Position numbers and translations under genes: made by a program. The notes beneath the pieces were generated by a model. It had not been told where the DNA came from, did no database searches, and saw nothing but the letters and a program-made list of their open reading frames with translations. From Acidobacteriota bacterium (GTDB taxonomy: Bacteria; Acidobacteriota; UBA6911; RPQK01; JADFOI01): a stretch of 64,000 nucleotides of DNA. The stretch covers positions 1,888,001 through 1,952,000 of the forward strand of contig OY760074.1 in NCBI GenBank assembly GCA_963663035.1, in the 5' to 3' direction. Shown in pieces: positions 60,832-64,000 of this stretch. Every line of letters starts with the position of its first letter. The stretch's first letter is position 1.

Positions 60832-61662
60832 ATGAAGCTCAAAGTCTCCTTCATCGACTATCTCAATGCAGTACCCCTGGGATGGGGCTTTCTGAATGGT
60901 CCCTACCAGGACACCTTTGACCTCCTCTTTGACGTTCCTTCGCAGTGCGCCAAGCGCCTCTCCAGCGGGGAAGCCGATGTCGGATTGATTCCGGTGATCG
61001 AGTATCAAAGGATCCCCGGGTTGACGGTCATTCCTGACATCGCCATCGCCTCCAAAAGGGAGTCCAGGAGTGTCTTGTTTGTCAGCAAGACACCGCTTGA
61101 GAAAGTCTCCAGCGTTGCGGTCGACACCTCAAGCCGCACCTCGGTGGCTCTTCTCAAGATTCTTCTCCATAAGTTCTACGGCCGGCGTTCCGTCACTTAC
61201 CATCAAGAGTCTCCGGACCCGGAAAAAATGCTTGAACTCCACGACGCCGCCTTGATCATTGGCAACCCGGCACTGAAAGTCAGCCGAGATTCTTTACATG
61301 TTTACGATCTGGCATACGAATGGAATCGCTTTACCGGCCTACCCTTCGTGTTCGCGTTCTGGGCTGTCCGATCAGGAGCCGATTTGGGCGAGCAAGCGCA
61401 AGTTTTCTATTCCTCCAGAGAACAAGGACTGAAAGAAGTCGATTCGATCGCTACTGTTTATTCGCAGAAGCTCGGGGTCGAGGCCGCAGAAATTCGCACA
61501 TACATCCTGGAGAATCTGAATTACTCATTGGATCAGTCCAATCTGCGTGGTTTACAGACTTTCTTCGATTCAGCTGCAGAATTGGGACTGACCTCCAGTT
61601 CCAGACCCCTGGAGTTCTACCCGACAGATGGTCAGGAGAAGCTTCTCAGCGATGGCAGTTAA
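60832..61662 (+). CDS. mqnA: chorismate dehydratase (futalosine menaquinone pathway)
   Basis: YLNAVPL, SRTSVAL, LIIG, GLPFVFAFW; start MKLKV. Confidence 0.85.
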   Translation: MKLKVSFIDYLNAVPLGWGFLNGPYQDTFDLLFDVPSQCAKRLSSGEADVGLIPVIEYQRIPGLTVIPDIAIASKRESRSVLFVSKTPLEKVSSVAVDTSSRTSVALLKILLHKFYGRRSVTYHQESPDPEKMLELHDAALIIGNPALKVSRDSLHVYDLAYEWNRFTGLPFVFAFWAVRSGADLGEQAQVFYSSREQGLKEVDSIATVYSQKLGVEAAEIRTYILENLNYSLDQSNLRGLQTFFDSAAELGLTSSSRPLEFYPTDGQEKLLSDGS

Positions 61663-62821
61663 ACCCGGCCTGGAAGTTTTCCTTCAACAACGACTCGATT
61701 TGATCCAAGGCAAACGGATTGGCATCATCGTCAACCCAAGTTCAATCAATTCCCAATTGGACCACACACTGGATCTCTTTTTCAGTCACGCCGACCTGGA
61801 GCTGACCACGGTTATGGGACCTCAACACGGCATCCGGGGAGAAACCCAGGACAATATGATTGAATGGGAAGGTTACCGCGACCCGGCGACCCATCTTCCT
61901 GTCTACAGTCTTTATGGCAAGACCAGGAGTCCCACCTCGAAGATGTTGGCGGATGTCGATGTGGTGATCTTCGACATTCAGGATACCGGCGCCCGCTACT
62001 ACACCTTTATTTACACCATGGCCCTGGCCATGAAGGCCTGTCAGCAACAAGGCAAGTCCTTTATTGTTCTGGATCGCCCCAATCCGATTAACGGGAGTGC
62101 GGTGGAAGGAACCGTCCTGGATCCAAACTTCAGCTCATTTGTGGGACTGTATCCCCTGGCCATCCGGCACGGGATGACCGTGGGAGAATTGGCGCTCTAT
62201 TTCAACAACGAGTTCCGAATCCATTGTGATCTGGAAGTTGTCAAAATGGGAGACTGGAAAAGAGAGATGTTTTTCGAAGATACAGGACTCCCCTGGGTGC
62301 TTCCTTCACCCAATATTCCCACGGTGGATGCGGCAGTCGTCTATCCCGGTATGTGCCTGCTGGAAGGCACCAATATTTCCGAGGGGAGAGGAACAACTCG
62401 ACCCTTTGAATTCAGCGGAGCACCCTGGATCCAACCTTTTGAGATGATCGCGCAATTAGAGACAATGGACCTCCCGGGAGCTGTCTTTCGCCCCATTTAC
62501 TTCACGCCAACTTTCCACAAATGGTCTACTCAGATGATTGGAGGAATCCAGATTCACGTTCTGGATCGAAGAGCATTCCGGCCCTTTCGCACTGGTCTGG
62601 CCCTGTTAAAGGTCTATCGAGAACTAGGCGAAAAGCAATTCAAATGGAAGAACCCACCTTTCGAGTACGAAGAAAAGAAGCTTCCTTTTGATATCCTTTG
62701 CGGCACCGACAAGATCCGCAAGCAGCTGGAAGCAGACACCAGCCTGCAGGAAATCGAGCATTCCTGGAGGGATGAGCTTCAAAAGTTTCGGGAAGTCCGT
62801 CAAAAATATTTGCTATATTGA
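61652..62821 (+). CDS. namZ: DUF1343 / exo-beta-N-acetylmuramidase NamZ family
   Basis: PQHG, DIQDTGARYYT, LDRPNP, SPNIP, EGRGTTRPFE. Confidence 0.85.
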   Translation: MAVKPGLEVFLQQRLDLIQGKRIGIIVNPSSINSQLDHTLDLFFSHADLELTTVMGPQHGIRGETQDNMIEWEGYRDPATHLPVYSLYGKTRSPTSKMLADVDVVIFDIQDTGARYYTFIYTMALAMKACQQQGKSFIVLDRPNPINGSAVEGTVLDPNFSSFVGLYPLAIRHGMTVGELALYFNNEFRIHCDLEVVKMGDWKREMFFEDTGLPWVLPSPNIPTVDAAVVYPGMCLLEGTNISEGRGTTRPFEFSGAPWIQPFEMIAQLETMDLPGAVFRPIYFTPTFHKWSTQMIGGIQIHVLDRRAFRPFRTGLALLKVYRELGEKQFKWKNPPFEYEEKKLPFDILCGTDKIRKQLEADTSLQEIEHSWRDELQKFREVRQKYLLY

Positions 62822-62878
62822 CACCGGAGAACAGCTGACAACTGACAGCTACTGATAACTGACAATAGAAGGTGATCG

Positions 62879-63412
62879 ATGGCAACGGAGACTGAGGTCA
62901 AGATTCACATCTCAGAGGAGGAACTTGACCCTATTCGTACTCGCCTCACTGAATTGGGGGCTCGCTGCCTCTCACCCCGGAAAAAAGAGGAAAACCGTCT
63001 CTTTGATTTTCCGGATGGGGACCTGGTAACGTGCGGCTGCGCTGTGCGTCTTCGAATCTACGGAGACGCAATCACTCTAACCTTCAAAGGAGAGCTCAAG
63101 GATGATCCTCGTTTCAAAAAACGGGAAGAGCTGGAGAGTGACATCCAGGACGCTGAGGCGATGACGAAGGTTCTGGAAGGCCTGGGTATGAACATCTGCT
63201 TTGAATACTCGAAGTTCCGCGAGATTTTCAGGCTGTCTTTAGATCAGGGTCAAGTCCATATCTGCCTGGACGAAACTCCGGTTGGAATCTTCGCGGAACT
63301 TGAAGGATCTCCAGCAGACATTGAGTCTCTGGCTGCCAAGCTCGGATGGACTCCTGATTCGTTCATCAAGAGGGACTATGTAGAAATGTATCTGGAAGGT
63401 CAGAAAACCTGA
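62879..63412 (+). CDS. CYTH-domain protein (class IV adenylate cyclase-like)
   Basis: ETEVK (ExExK), VRLR, LTFKG, YSKFRE, ELEG. Confidence 0.82.
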   Translation: MATETEVKIHISEEELDPIRTRLTELGARCLSPRKKEENRLFDFPDGDLVTCGCAVRLRIYGDAITLTFKGELKDDPRFKKREELESDIQDAEAMTKVLEGLGMNICFEYSKFREIFRLSLDQGQVHICLDETPVGIFAELEGSPADIESLAAKLGWTPDSFIKRDYVEMYLEGQKT

Positions 63413-63416
63413 AACC

Positions 63417-64000
63417 ATGCGCGGCATGATCCTGGCAGCCGGCTTAGGAAAGCGGCTCCACCCCTTGAACGTGTTTCGTGCAAAAGCGGCCGTTCCCTTC
63501 CTCAACCGCCCCCTGATCCAATATTCAACAGAACTTTTAATGGGCGCCCACCTCAAGGAAATCGTGATCAATTCACACCATCTACCCAACTCCATTCAAG
63601 ATGCCATGAAGCCCATGATGAGCGAAGGTCAGGAGACACCTCAAATCCTTTTCTCCCACGAGGAAAAAATGCTGGGAACGGCGGGCGCTATCGGCAAGGT
63701 TCGTGACTTTCTGGCTGGTGACACCTTCGTGGTCTGCAGCGGGAAAATCTATTTTGAACAGGATCTGGAGCGCGCCATCCGCTTCCACCAAGAAATGGAG
63801 TCCATCGTGACCCTGCTCCTGGTCCCACTGTCAGAGAGAGATCCCTATAATCCGGTGTTCCTGGATAAAGAGAACAACATCACCGGCTTCGGACCCACAG
63901 CGAGGGGGACAAACTCCCAGCAGGCCTGCGCCTTCGCTGGAGTTCACATCCTCTCCCCTGAGATTTTAGATTTGATTCCCGAAGGTCCCTCCGAGACCGT
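63417..64000 (+). CDS. nucleotidyltransferase / NDP-sugar synthase (partial, runs off window)
   Basis: MRGMILAAGLGKRLHPL, EEKMLGTAGAI. Confidence 0.85.
   Translation, partial: MRGMILAAGLGKRLHPLNVFRAKAAVPFLNRPLIQYSTELLMGAHLKEIVINSHHLPNSIQDAMKPMMSEGQETPQILFSHEEKMLGTAGAIGKVRDFLAGDTFVVCSGKIYFEQDLERAIRFHQEMESIVTLLLVPLSERDPYNPVFLDKENNITGFGPTARGTNSQQACAFAGVHILSPEILDLIPEGPSET

Overview
This 64 kb window looks like a bacterial chromosome segment, most likely Acidobacteriota (inferred from an acidobacterial-type VWA protein and gene context). Housekeeping blocks include mtnP/MBL/mce/meaB/acyl-CoA dehydrogenase, trxB, ruvAB, purSQLFMN, rluD-lgt-EF-G2, topA-dprA and mqnA-namZ-CYTH. Two accessory zones interrupt them. 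The first is a tandem duplication of a trxB-3'/DUF5916-like unit whose trxB remnant was internally deleted and hit by an IS1380. The second lies downstream of a stand-alone tRNA-Ile(GAT) and holds IS481, a duplicated IS481 end, nested IS3/IS1380 elements and small secreted-protein genes. The most striking observation is a candidate peptide-signalling cassette at 44038-48437. An S8 subtilase ends in tandem SILWGD repeats. It is followed by an unannotated micro-ORF with a strong RBS (MKFVVYWGD*) carrying the same C-terminal WGD, and then by a membrane-anchored HD-GYP/GAF/GGDEF c-di-GMP enzyme. Other notable items are an MshEN-like/cNMP/GAF-GAF/PAS adenylate cyclase, two MITEs (one with IS1380-type ends), REP-like palindromes, heptamer repeats and two frameshifted genes. 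All calls come from reading the sequence; no database searches were run.
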